Positions 10,301 through 18,557 of a stretch of 58,952 nt of DNA are shown piece after piece (positions within the stretch are counted from its first letter, which is position 1; each line of letters opens with the position of its first letter). Origin of the DNA: Planctomycetota bacterium (GTDB taxonomy: Bacteria > Planctomycetota > SZUA-567 > JAFGNG01); contig JAFGNG010000028.1 in assembly GCA_016927125.1 (NCBI GenBank), forward strand, positions 1 to 58,952. The letters are read 5' to 3'. The notes beneath the pieces were generated by a model. It worked only from the letters and a program-made list of their open reading frames with translations, was not told the origin of the DNA and ran no database searches. Made by a program: the position numbers and the translations under genes.

Positions 10301-11169
10301 ATATGCATAATCATATCCCCGGGGAAAGAAACCTCTTCTACAGCAGTGATCGCTTCCTTAACCTCTACTGCTGGAGCTTCCGACATTGCTTCTACCACTA
10401 TTGGCGCGGCTGCACCAGCCACTGCTACTGCCGCGACTGTGACTATTGCCGCGGTTTTCATCTTTGTCCAAAAGATCATTTTTGCTATTCCTTTCGCTAT
10501 GGCAGTACTGGTCGCGGTCAGCACCACCCCCTTAGCCGTCACCAACACGGTAGATACGGTCGCGGCGGCAAGTTCCGCCGGGGCTGCCATGACTGCCTTC
10601 GCCGGCAACAAGGTCGCCAGCATCGCCACCGGCACGGCAATGCCCTTCCGGCGCAGAACTCCGCGCAATCTTTCAATCGCAGACGCGACCCGTTTCTTGG
10701 CAGCGTCTTCCGAGACAGATAGCTCTGCAGCTATCTCTCGCATAGATTTATTTTGTAAATACCGCAAGATTACGGCCTTGCGATCTCTTGCCCGAAGTGA
10801 GACCAGGGCGTGATCAAGGAGGGGAGTGATAGAATCCCAAACACTTTCATCATCTTGATTATTTACTGCGGCCTTCGCCGCGTTGGTTTCATGATACATT
10901 CGTCGCCTCCGGCTTCTAAGTGCATGCCCAGCAGCATAGCGGGTGGTATTAAGCAGCCACCCGGGCAGGAATACACTTTCTTTAATACTCTCTGCCTTCT
11001 GGGCAAGAAACAGAAAGACCCCTTGAGTTACATCTTCAGCAAGATGCGGATCCTGCACTTGTCGCAAAGCGGCCGAATAAACCAGATCAAGGTGGCGATT
11101 GACTAATTCTTCAAAAGCACTCTCGCACCGGCTTTCAGCATATTTTTGCAGCAATTGGGCATCACTCAT
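7369..11169 (-). CDS. ECF-type sigma-70 factor fused to a TM segment and a ~1000-aa extracytoplasmic domain ending in a CBM9-like module
   Basis: 1266 aa. Residues ~1-185 show sigma region 2 (DLVYSAALRQV...EDVTQGVF) and region 4 HTH (MREIAAELSVSEDAAKKRVASAIERLR). An Ala/Val/Gly-rich TM segment (AAIVTVAAVAVAGAAAPIVV) lies near aa 240-258. The last ~195 aa align with the C-terminus of the 47602-52266 protein. Strong RBS GAGGAGGAG. Confidence 0.8.
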   Translation of the reverse strand: MSDAQLLQKYAESRCESAFEELVNRHLDLVYSAALRQVQDPHLAEDVTQGVFLFLAQKAESIKESVFLPGWLLNTTRYAAGHALRSRRRRMYHETNAAKAAVNNQDDESVWDSITPLLDHALVSLRARDRKAVILRYLQNKSMREIAAELSVSEDAAKKRVASAIERLRGVLRRKGIAVPVAMLATLLPAKAVMAAPAELAAATVSTVLVTAKGVVLTATSTAIAKGIAKMIFWTKMKTAAIVTVAAVAVAGAAAPIVVEAMSEAPAVEVKEAITAVEEVSFPGDMIMHINTGPLETSIKDTEEFLIAVTKGTPAAALMYPGMTEQWLQKVAPIFEPGNAPPGLIDQSQGIQVVFFNPAPEDPANIRFAVILPIRNLEESLSVAAQYGWQVTSPKVDFENPDTSADFYHLDFIDPAPIQLGLLTGLPNNCIAVGERQSLPALADTLKKWKSLKLPEDTTLRITIDVEKLMQVNVEVLDTFLAELPEQMAEGNNPEFIRKWLPNWLAMNRQVFEMLNGIRYDVSMNEEKLVLTGEFLPKAGSELERLVQAYENEMPTYPLLQLLPADSVAAVSSNIKPEVMEVIQVIRAKAEEFFGSHNPQIFLAEIEEPEEHSQLLSLLEGEACMAVVPLSTGAGFKNANLTEVKDAKAFQEILPEELANFTDTFNDITQELAMPFSLESTFDDAAGEVAGMPYSKFAFKFAEVPPAPEMAIFQQYWQHQQLTTFTDRLVIEINQQGFGLSEDDAVASLAKLINQVEQANPGVGQREEFRAALQATDTKQLAFGAIYLLDTMKLLGQQPAALQKLAADLPLSWLDDQVLMVSQALGELPDSTQPVTGCIGVEAGKLQIAVKLPTEVISETAVALTQTVVKSINQWEAQQKALRNQQQNKLKQIHRGISSFREQHQRMPSSLEELAATVQELSNPQSFISPTKTQLQAEGGEGFHSDYLYLPITQVPEKLQPNTVILIDKPSNHPNGGWALLNNGNILWYNLWNPQEGEALMSALVHNDNPGIVDRLIPDANNGDDGPVEVPADFADVATYVRPSLELEFSLPLEWNKVEATQKAGEFASITAKRVTEPLELDGALDEEAWQESPFQVRCWQVTKAQRSTIETGVKALYDDTFLYLAFACSDPDPTQLQAIADGEPEFFDSRDDILAMMIQPDESEGSYYQLAFNTAGIRFDQNVRQEERDYTFQLDWQAICKPCDGYWTAEVKLPLAEFTQADQLQSWRINFFRIFRNDNKAPSSWSYQPYADWHKHKRLGRLVFD

Positions 11170-11440
11170 TTAATTCTCCTCCTCTATACTCTATTCTTAA
11201 ATGCCCGGCAGAAGCACAAAGGTGAAATTATTTTGTTATTTTTTTTATTTTCGCAAACCGCTCGCGTTTTACAGCTTTAGAGTAGCTTAAAATTATTAAT
11301 ATGAGAAGGAAAATCAGCATAATAACTCTACCTGGTTTCGCTACAAGTGGTTATTAGATAAGCAGGTAAAGCAATTAACTTCAGTGAGTGAGAAAACATA
11401 CGGAAAATGTACGTGATTTGTATCTGAGCAAAGCCACGGC

Positions 11441-11590
11441 GACTAACTGAGACTCAACTGGGTGTTTTGCAAGAAATGCAAGCTGCATAAAAAAACTATA
11501 AAGCAGGCGTAAGTCCCACTTTCCAAATTAGTTATATTGGAGCCACAAGGCCGATTCGTGCTTGTTGACCTGCGGTTTACAAAGCTGCTG
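11441..11590 (-). repeat. Repeat copy A: decayed tRNA-Thr 3' half (11538-11590), degraded terminator hairpin with T-tract, and conserved flank block
   Basis: Hand alignment to 45639-45935. The tRNA-derived part matches at 42/53 positions and the 41-nt flank block (11448-11488) at 38/41. It lacks the TTGGGCG pair. Confidence 0.7.
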
Positions 11591-11653
11591 TCAAATTGCG
11601 GATGATGTATTATTTTCCCCAAACTATTAATTTCTACTAATTCTCCATTAATC

Positions 11654-11683
11654 TTGATTTTTATCTGGAAATCAGGCTATATT
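11654..11683 (+). promoter_or_regulatory. Candidate sigma70 promoter of the TetR-RND operon
   Basis: TTGATT (11654-11659), 18-nt spacer, TATATT (11678-11683). The palindromic operator follows immediately. Confidence 0.4.
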
Positions 11684-11688
11684 ATGCA

Positions 11689-11706
11689 ATACTGACCGGT
11701 CAGTAT
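11689..11706. promoter_or_regulatory. Perfect 18-bp palindrome, probable TetR operator
   Basis: ATACTGACCGGTCAGTAT is its own reverse complement. It sits between the -10 element and the RBS of the TetR gene. Confidence 0.6.
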
Positions 11707-11725
11707 GCGTTTAAGGATTAGAAAA

Positions 11726-12340
11726 ATGAAAACCCAGAATAAGCGTGACCAGATTATCCAGGCGATTGAACCCTTACTCAGCACCCGCAGGTTCCATGAG
11801 ATCACCCTGGATGAGGTGGCCCAGGCTGCAAAAATTGGCAAGGGAACAATTTACCGCTATTTTAAAGATAAAGATGATCTTTTCTTTCATATTGCGACTG
11901 CGGGTTTTGATCAACTCTGCGAATTGCTGGAGGAAAATATCCCCAAGGATTCGCACTTCCAGGAAAAATTAATGGTAGTCTGTACCCAGATAAGTGATTT
12001 TTTCAAGGACCGCAGATCTGTTATCCGGGTAATCCAGGAGCATGAAGGTAGGATGCGATGCTTTCATGGCGAAATGAAGCAGCAATGGGTTGAAAAGCGC
12101 AAGAAGCTGGTGGCCACCGTTGCCGGGATCCTGGAACAGGGCGTTTCTGAAGGAGTTATCAAGCAAGAGCTCCCTACTGAGACCTTAGCGGCACTTCTCC
12201 TGGGGATGATGCGGGCACGGGCGCGAGAATTATCCGAAGACAGGAGTAATAATATCAAGTTATCGGAGATTGTGGATGTATTCCTGTTTGGAGTAGGAAA
12301 TCACGAGCTTTTGCCGAAGACTGTCGGCGGGAAGAAGTAA
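11726..12340 (+). CDS. TetR/AcrR family transcriptional repressor
   Basis: N-terminal HTH (ITLDEVAQAAKIGKGTIYRYFKDKDDLF). I prefer the ATG at 11726 (AAGGA 8 nt upstream) over the track start 11705, which lies inside the operator palindrome. Confidence 0.85.
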   Translation: MKTQNKRDQIIQAIEPLLSTRRFHEITLDEVAQAAKIGKGTIYRYFKDKDDLFFHIATAGFDQLCELLEENIPKDSHFQEKLMVVCTQISDFFKDRRSVIRVIQEHEGRMRCFHGEMKQQWVEKRKKLVATVAGILEQGVSEGVIKQELPTETLAALLLGMMRARARELSEDRSNNIKLSEIVDVFLFGVGNHELLPKTVGGKK

Positions 12341-12393
12341 AAAAGAGATTATCCCTTAAATTGTCGATAAAAAACCTTGGAGGAATGAATTCC

Positions 12394-13620
12394 ATGAGAA
12401 AGATTATTGTTGGTCTTGTACTTGCCTTAATACTCCTAGCTATTGGTTGGCGCATCTTCGAGAATTCAATCACGCAGAATGAAGGCGGCCAAAATTTTCG
12501 CGGCGGCGGAGCTGTAGCTGTCGAGACTGAAACCGTGCGTAAAGTCAATATTGAAGATATCCGCTTGTTTACCGGCACCCTGCTGCCGCAATCCCGATTT
12601 GTAGTAGCTCCCAAGATTGGCGGCCAGCTTGAAGAACTTACGGTACAAATAGGCGATACGGTCAAATCAGGACAACTGATTGCGAAAATCAATGATGATG
12701 AGTACCAGCAGAACGTTCAGCAGTCCAAGGCCGAACTTGAAGTTACCATGGCGGAAGTGGAGCAGGCCGAAGCCCTGTTGAATAATAGCAAACGCGAATA
12801 CGAACGGGTTATCGCCCTCCGAGAGAAAAAAATCACCTCTGAATCCGAATTGGATACAGCTGAATCTGAATATAAAACCCAGTTGGCCAAAAGCAAGGTG
12901 GCACTCTCCCAAAAAGCCCAGAAAGAAGCGGCCCTTAAAGCCGCTGAAGTTCGCCTGTCCTATACGGAGATCTATGCCTCTTGGGATTCCGGCAGTGATC
13001 TCCGCTTTATTGGCGAGAGATTCGTGGATGAAGGCGAAATGCTCACTGCCAACAACCCCCTTGTCAGTATTATCGATATTGACAAGCTGATAGCGGTGAT
13101 CCACGTGATTGAGCGCGATTATCCCCATATCCAGGTAGGCCAGGACACCACGATCAGCACGGACGCTTATCCGGAAGAAACCTTTACCGGGAAAATCATC
13201 CGCATCGCTCCCCTCCTGATGACCGCTTCCCGCCAGGCGCGGGTTGAGATTGAGGTTCCCAATTCCCAGCGACTTTTAAAACCCGGAATGTTTGTGCGGG
13301 TTCAAATCCAGTTTGCCAGGCATGAAAATGCCATTACCGTGCCGCAAAACGCTATAGTACGCCGTAACGGCCAGGATGGCGTCTTCCTGGTCAATAAAGA
13401 AGCAGGGAAGGCTGAGTTTGTGCAAACCAAAATCGGGATTAATAATGGCCAGGTAGTTGAAATTCTGGAGCCTGAAATTTCCGGGGAGGTGGTGGTGCTC
13501 GGGCATCATCTCTTGGTCGATGGCTCTGCAATTCTTTTGCAAAATTCGTCTCCGGAAGCTTCTGAGGAAAAACCAGGAAAGCCTGAGCAGCCACAGAAGC
13601 AGGAAGGAAACCGGCCATGA
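12394..13620 (+). CDS. RND efflux periplasmic adaptor (membrane fusion protein)
   Basis: N-terminal TM or signal sequence, lipoyl and coiled-coil hairpin segments, beta-barrel region. Start chosen at ATG 12394 (GGAGGA 9 nt upstream). Stop overlaps the pump start (ATGA). Confidence 0.85.
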   Translation: MRKIIVGLVLALILLAIGWRIFENSITQNEGGQNFRGGGAVAVETETVRKVNIEDIRLFTGTLLPQSRFVVAPKIGGQLEELTVQIGDTVKSGQLIAKINDDEYQQNVQQSKAELEVTMAEVEQAEALLNNSKREYERVIALREKKITSESELDTAESEYKTQLAKSKVALSQKAQKEAALKAAEVRLSYTEIYASWDSGSDLRFIGERFVDEGEMLTANNPLVSIIDIDKLIAVIHVIERDYPHIQVGQDTTISTDAYPEETFTGKIIRIAPLLMTASRQARVEIEVPNSQRLLKPGMFVRVQIQFARHENAITVPQNAIVRRNGQDGVFLVNKEAGKAEFVQTKIGINNGQVVEILEPEISGEVVVLGHHLLVDGSAILLQNSSPEASEEKPGKPEQPQKQEGNRP

Positions 13621-16600
13621 AACTCGCAAGGTTTTCTGTTCAGCGCCCGGTTTTCACCACCATGGCCACAAGCATTATCCTGATCCTGGGGGGGATTTCG
13701 CTGTGGCGTCTGCCGATCGACCTGATGCCGGATATCACCTATCCCACCTTAAGCGTTTCAACCGGTTATGAGGACGCCAATCCGGAAGAAGTCGAGGAAT
13801 TGATAACCCGCCCGATTGAAGAAGCGTTGAGCGCTGTTCCCGGAGTGGAGGAAATCACTTCGACCTCGTCAGAAGGCTCCAGCAGTGTCCGGATATCATT
13901 TTCCTGGGGAACTGATTTAGATGCAGCCGCTTCCGATATCCGGGATAAAATGGATCGGGTTATTCCCCGCCTGCCTGACGATGCGGATCGTCCGCAACTT
14001 AGAAAATTTGACCTGGCAAGTTTCCCGATCTTGATCTTGGGAGTATCGAGCGATCTTGATCCGCTCCAACTCCGTAAGTTGATTGATGATCAGGTTAAAT
14101 ACCGGGTTGAGAGAATCGCCGGGGTTGCCTCCCTGGATGCCTGGGGCGGTCTGGAAAGAGAAATCCATGTTAATCTCGATATTGATAAGATCAAAGCCCT
14201 GGGGCTCTCTTTGAATCAGATCATGGATCGGATTCGCGCAGGCAATGTGGATTTCCCCGCCGGCACTATCGAAAAGGGCTATCTTGATATCCGGGTCCGC
14301 ACCCCGGGCACCTATGCCAATCTGCAAGAACTGCGCGACACCGTGATTATGATCCGCGAGGGCGTGCCGGTGCAGTTGAGCGATGTTGCCTCGGTGGAAG
14401 ACTCCTCGGTAAAAACTACCAGGATTATCCGGGTAAATGGCAAGCCAGGATTACGCCTGGCGGTCAATAAGCAGTCCGGGACCAATACTGTCGAAGTGGC
14501 CAAAGCCGTGCTGGCAGAGATGCAGAGGATCAACCGGGATATCCCCCAGATTGAAATCACCCCGATTATCGACAGCTCGGAATATATTGAAAAATCAGTC
14601 AATAACATCAGCCGCGCCGCGGTTTACGGGGGCGGGTTGGCAGTCCTGGTGCTGCTGCTGTTTTTAAGGAACCTGCGCAGCACCGCGATTATCACCGTTT
14701 CCATTCCGGTTTCGATTATCGCCACCTTCATGATGATTTACTTCGGGGGATTCACTCTCAACATCATGACCCTGGGCGGATTAGCGCTGGGAGTCGGGAT
14801 GTTGATGGACAACTCGATTGTGGTTCTGGAAAACATTACCCGCCTGCGTGACAGCGGTTATGAAAAAGAAGCCGCGGCCGTGGAAGGCTCGGAAGAAGTA
14901 ACCTCTGCTATTATCGCTGGGACCCTTACCACCGTGGCGGTTTTCCTCCCCTTGATTTTTGTGCGTGGCATGGCGGGAGTCATGTTTAAACAATTGTCAC
15001 TGGTAATTGGTTTCTCCCTGCTGTGCTCGCTGGCCGCGGCAATTTCTCTGGTTCCGATGCTGGCTTCAAAACTTATCCATCCCACTACCCTCGGCAACAG
15101 CGAGCATGAAACCTGGGGGCATAAGATCTTCCGCCTCAGCGCTAAAATTTTTATTGAAATGGAAAAAACCTATAAAGAATTGCTGCATTTTGCCATTCAT
15201 CACCGAGCCATAATAATCATTTCCGGGGTGTTGCTGTTAGCGGGATCCCTGGCGCTGATTCCTTTTATTGGCTCCGAGCTTATGCCGGTTACCGATGAGG
15301 GGGAAGTCCGGATTAATGCGGAAATGGAAGTCGGCACCCGGGTTGATTTATTGGCCGAAAAGTTTGCCGAGATTGACCGGATCGTCCGGGTAGAAACTCC
15401 CGAAGTCCTCTATACAACCAAATCTCTTGGCGGTTCCAATTGGCGCTCCTCCGGCGGCCACTCTGGTGATATGCGGATCTCGTTGGTACCCCAAAAAGAG
15501 CGCACCCGCACCAGTGAAGAAATCGCCGAAGTTTTACGGAAAAAACTCGCTAACCTCCCGGGAGTGAAGGTCAGGGTACGAGCCGGGCAAGGTTTATTCA
15601 TTATGCGGATGGCAACCAGCGGAGGTGAAAGAATCGGAATCGAAATCCGAGGCTATGACTTCGATACTGCCGATGCCCTCGCCCAGCAGGTAGCCCAGGT
15701 GGCCCAGGAAGTGGAAGGGGTTACCGATACCAGGATCAGCCGTGAATCAGGCAGCCCGGAAAGGACCGTGGTCATCGACCGCAAGAAAGCGGCGGACATG
15801 AAATTGACGGTCTCCGAAATCGCAGAGGCCTTGCGCACGGTTTTGGCCGGCACCTCAGCGGGTAACTTCCGGGAAATGGGCGATGAATACCGTATTCTGG
15901 TCAAGGTTAAAGACGCTGACAAGATGCGCCTGGAGGACATCCTGGATTTAACTATAACTAATTCCGACAATGTCCCGGTGGTCTTGCGCAATGTGATTGC
16001 CATGAAGCCCCGCAGCGGCCCGGTTACGATTCAGCGAAAGGATCAGGAACGGATCGTCAGCGTCGATGTCAATATCAGCCAACGGGACATGGGATCAATT
16101 ATTGCTGACATCCGCGAGCGGTTGCAGACCGTGACTGTCCCGGCCGGGTTCAGCATAGTCTTCGGGGGAGATTATGAAGAACAGCAGAAAGCCTTTTATG
16201 AATTGCTGATGAGTTTTATCCTAGCATTAGTCCTGGTTTACATGGTAATGGCCTGCCAGTTTGAATCCCTGCGCGATCCCTTTGTGGTGATGTTCTCCGT
16301 ACCGCTGGCAGCCATCGGGGTAATCCTGATGTTGCTCTTAACCAACACCACCTTCAATGTCCAGACCTTCATCGGCTGCATTATGCTTGGTGGCATCGTA
16401 GTTAACAATGCGATCCTGCTGGTCGACCACACCAATCTCCTGCGCCGCCGCGACAAGCTGCCGATTAATGAAGCGATTGAAGAAGCGGGACGCCGCAGAC
16501 TGCGTCCGATCTTGATGACCGCTTTTACCACCACCCTGGGATTGATGCCGCTGGCCCTGGGTGTCGGCGAAGGCGGTGAAGCCCAGGCGCCGATGGCGCG

Positions 16601-16715
16601 GGCGGTAATCGGAGGGCTCTTGAGCTCAACCTTCATAACTCTTCTCTTTGTACCGGTGGTGTATTCCTTCTTTGAAAAGCGAATGTCCCATCCCCAGGAA
16701 ACCGGCGAGCTCTAA
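13617..16715 (+). CDS. RND efflux permease (AcrB/HAE-type, 12 TM)
   Basis: 1032 aa with the typical N-terminus (RPVFTTMATSIILILGGISL..LPIDLMPDIT), two large periplasmic loops, and conserved TM4/TM10-type segments. Confidence 0.9.
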   Translation: MKLARFSVQRPVFTTMATSIILILGGISLWRLPIDLMPDITYPTLSVSTGYEDANPEEVEELITRPIEEALSAVPGVEEITSTSSEGSSSVRISFSWGTDLDAAASDIRDKMDRVIPRLPDDADRPQLRKFDLASFPILILGVSSDLDPLQLRKLIDDQVKYRVERIAGVASLDAWGGLEREIHVNLDIDKIKALGLSLNQIMDRIRAGNVDFPAGTIEKGYLDIRVRTPGTYANLQELRDTVIMIREGVPVQLSDVASVEDSSVKTTRIIRVNGKPGLRLAVNKQSGTNTVEVAKAVLAEMQRINRDIPQIEITPIIDSSEYIEKSVNNISRAAVYGGGLAVLVLLLFLRNLRSTAIITVSIPVSIIATFMMIYFGGFTLNIMTLGGLALGVGMLMDNSIVVLENITRLRDSGYEKEAAAVEGSEEVTSAIIAGTLTTVAVFLPLIFVRGMAGVMFKQLSLVIGFSLLCSLAAAISLVPMLASKLIHPTTLGNSEHETWGHKIFRLSAKIFIEMEKTYKELLHFAIHHRAIIIISGVLLLAGSLALIPFIGSELMPVTDEGEVRINAEMEVGTRVDLLAEKFAEIDRIVRVETPEVLYTTKSLGGSNWRSSGGHSGDMRISLVPQKERTRTSEEIAEVLRKKLANLPGVKVRVRAGQGLFIMRMATSGGERIGIEIRGYDFDTADALAQQVAQVAQEVEGVTDTRISRESGSPERTVVIDRKKAADMKLTVSEIAEALRTVLAGTSAGNFREMGDEYRILVKVKDADKMRLEDILDLTITNSDNVPVVLRNVIAMKPRSGPVTIQRKDQERIVSVDVNISQRDMGSIIADIRERLQTVTVPAGFSIVFGGDYEEQQKAFYELLMSFILALVLVYMVMACQFESLRDPFVVMFSVPLAAIGVILMLLLTNTTFNVQTFIGCIMLGGIVVNNAILLVDHTNLLRRRDKLPINEAIEEAGRRRLRPILMTAFTTTLGLMPLALGVGEGGEAQAPMARAVIGGLLSSTFITLLFVPVVYSFFEKRMSHPQETGEL

Positions 16716-16729
16716 AAAGGATTTAATGC

Positions 16730-18373
16730 ATGGTTAATCGCGGCAAGTTTGATCTACTCATGGGTTATCTTTTCCCGCTATGTCTTTGCCTGCTGCTGCC
16801 GGCCTGCAATTTTTCAGGCTTCGCAAATGATGAAGAGCAAGCCGACCGCTCGCGTCCGGCCGCGAAGGTAAGCACCGAACCCGAAGAGGATTCGCAGGTA
16901 TCTCTGTCTGCAGAAAATACCGGCAAGGCAACCCCGGAGATTTCAGAATCCGAACCTCTTCGGCTCACCCTGCAGGAGGCGATTCTGCAGTCACTTGATA
17001 ATAATGCCGCTTTCCAGGTTGACAGGCTGACCCCGGCCCTGCAACGGACCTATGAGACTGAGGAACGCGCCGAGTTCGATCCTGTACTTTCCGGGGAATT
17101 TTCCAAAACTCGCGCGAAGACCAGCGAAGATGTCAGAGGCCAGGCCGATGATGAGGTGGCCAGCGCAACCTCCACCGGGGGCGCTCTCTCTCTTGAAACT
17201 TTACTGCCCACCGGGACCACGCTCGGCCTTGAGGCCGGCAGGACCAATTCCCGTGAGGACGGTTTTACCAGTGATACCGATACCCAGGCAAACCAGTATG
17301 GCATCAATATTACCCAGCCCCTGCTAAGAAGCTTCGGCCCCAGGGTGAATCTTGCCAATTTGCGTAAAGCAAAGCTGGATACACGCATCTCCCAATATGA
17401 ATTGCAGGGCCTGGCGGAAGCGCTGGTAGCGGAGGTCGAAAAAACCTACTGGGATTACGTGCTGGCCGAGAGGCAAATAGAAATTTATACCGATTCGCTC
17501 GAGATTGCCGAGCAATATATCAATGAAATTAAAGAACGGATTAACATCGGCAAGCTGGCTGAAACTGAACTTGCGGCTGCGGAAGCGGAAGTGGCCAGAC
17601 GGCGTGAAGACTTGATCAACGCCAATAGTAACTTTGCCAACGTCCGCCTGCTCTTTATCCGGCTTTTAAACCCTGGCGGCAGTAACCGCTGGACGCGGGA
17701 GCTCGAGATCCTTGATAAACCTCTGGCCGCTCCCCTGGAACTTGGGGATGTAGAAACCCGGGTTCAAAAAGCCTTGGCTTTGCGTCCGGAAATTAACGAG
17801 GCCCTTCTCAGAATTGAGAAAGGCGACCTGGAAATCATTCGAACCCGCAACGGTCTTCTTCCTAAGCTCGATCTCTTTATCCGTCTCGGTAATACCTCTT
17901 ACTCGGAAACCTTCTCCTCCAAAAATAATCTCGACGGCAAGGAGTATGCATATGAAATCGGGCTGCAGTTTGAATACGCCCTCGGCAACCGTGCCAAGAA
18001 AGCGGAACACGAGCGCGCCCTGTTGAGCGTTGAGCAGGCCAAAGAAATGTTGAATAATCTCCAAGGGCTTGTGCAGGTCGATGTGCGTTCGGCTTATATC
18101 GAGGTCGAGCGTTTCCGGGAACAAACCGAAGCCACTAAGGCGACGAGAAAACTTCGGGAAGAGGCTCTGCGCGTGGAAAACGAAAAATTTCGGGTAGGAA
18201 AGTCCACTGCCTTCCTCGTAGCCCAGGCGAGTAGGGATCTCGTCGCCAGCAGGATTAGCGAGGTTGAGGCCGTGGTCAATCATCTCAAGGCGCAGGTGGA
18301 TTTCTTCCGCCTGGAAAGTTCCCTCTTAGAGCGCCGGGGGATTGTAATTCCTGAGATAGAAACGGCCAAATAA
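16730..18373 (+). CDS. TolC-family outer membrane factor lipoprotein
   Basis: 547 aa, lipobox LLPAC, duplicated OEP-type helical repeats. Last gene of the TetR-RND operon. Confidence 0.85.
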   Translation: MVNRGKFDLLMGYLFPLCLCLLLPACNFSGFANDEEQADRSRPAAKVSTEPEEDSQVSLSAENTGKATPEISESEPLRLTLQEAILQSLDNNAAFQVDRLTPALQRTYETEERAEFDPVLSGEFSKTRAKTSEDVRGQADDEVASATSTGGALSLETLLPTGTTLGLEAGRTNSREDGFTSDTDTQANQYGINITQPLLRSFGPRVNLANLRKAKLDTRISQYELQGLAEALVAEVEKTYWDYVLAERQIEIYTDSLEIAEQYINEIKERINIGKLAETELAAAEAEVARRREDLINANSNFANVRLLFIRLLNPGGSNRWTRELEILDKPLAAPLELGDVETRVQKALALRPEINEALLRIEKGDLEIIRTRNGLLPKLDLFIRLGNTSYSETFSSKNNLDGKEYAYEIGLQFEYALGNRAKKAEHERALLSVEQAKEMLNNLQGLVQVDVRSAYIEVERFREQTEATKATRKLREEALRVENEKFRVGKSTAFLVAQASRDLVASRISEVEAVVNHLKAQVDFFRLESSLLERRGIVIPEIETAK

Positions 18374-18490
18374 TAATACCGCCCCCCCCCTTCTCCCTCA
18401 TCACTCCTGCCCAGTGAGATTCTATGAGATGAGCTGAGGCTGACCTGACCGCTTACCGGAGAGCTAAGCTTTTTACTAAAACCATAAAAT

Positions 18491-18519
18491 AAAGGCGGCC
18501 TCATTCAGAAGCCGCCTTT
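18491..18519. terminator. Hairpin terminator between convergent genes
   Basis: AAAGGCGGC, an 11-nt loop, then GCCGCCTTT. On the minus strand it is followed by ATTTTATGG, so it best serves the 2567-aa gene. Confidence 0.55.
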
Positions 18520-18557
18520 ATCAAAACCATTAATCCTAAGAAAAGATATCCTTCTAC

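Noticed and set aside
11538-11590. The partial tRNA-like segments (also 26714-26765 and 31560-31615) as possible functional tRNA or tRNA-like genes.
   Set aside because: They start at the anticodon loop and lack the acceptor 5' strand and D arm. Their T-stems no longer pair when folded by hand. I treat them as relics.
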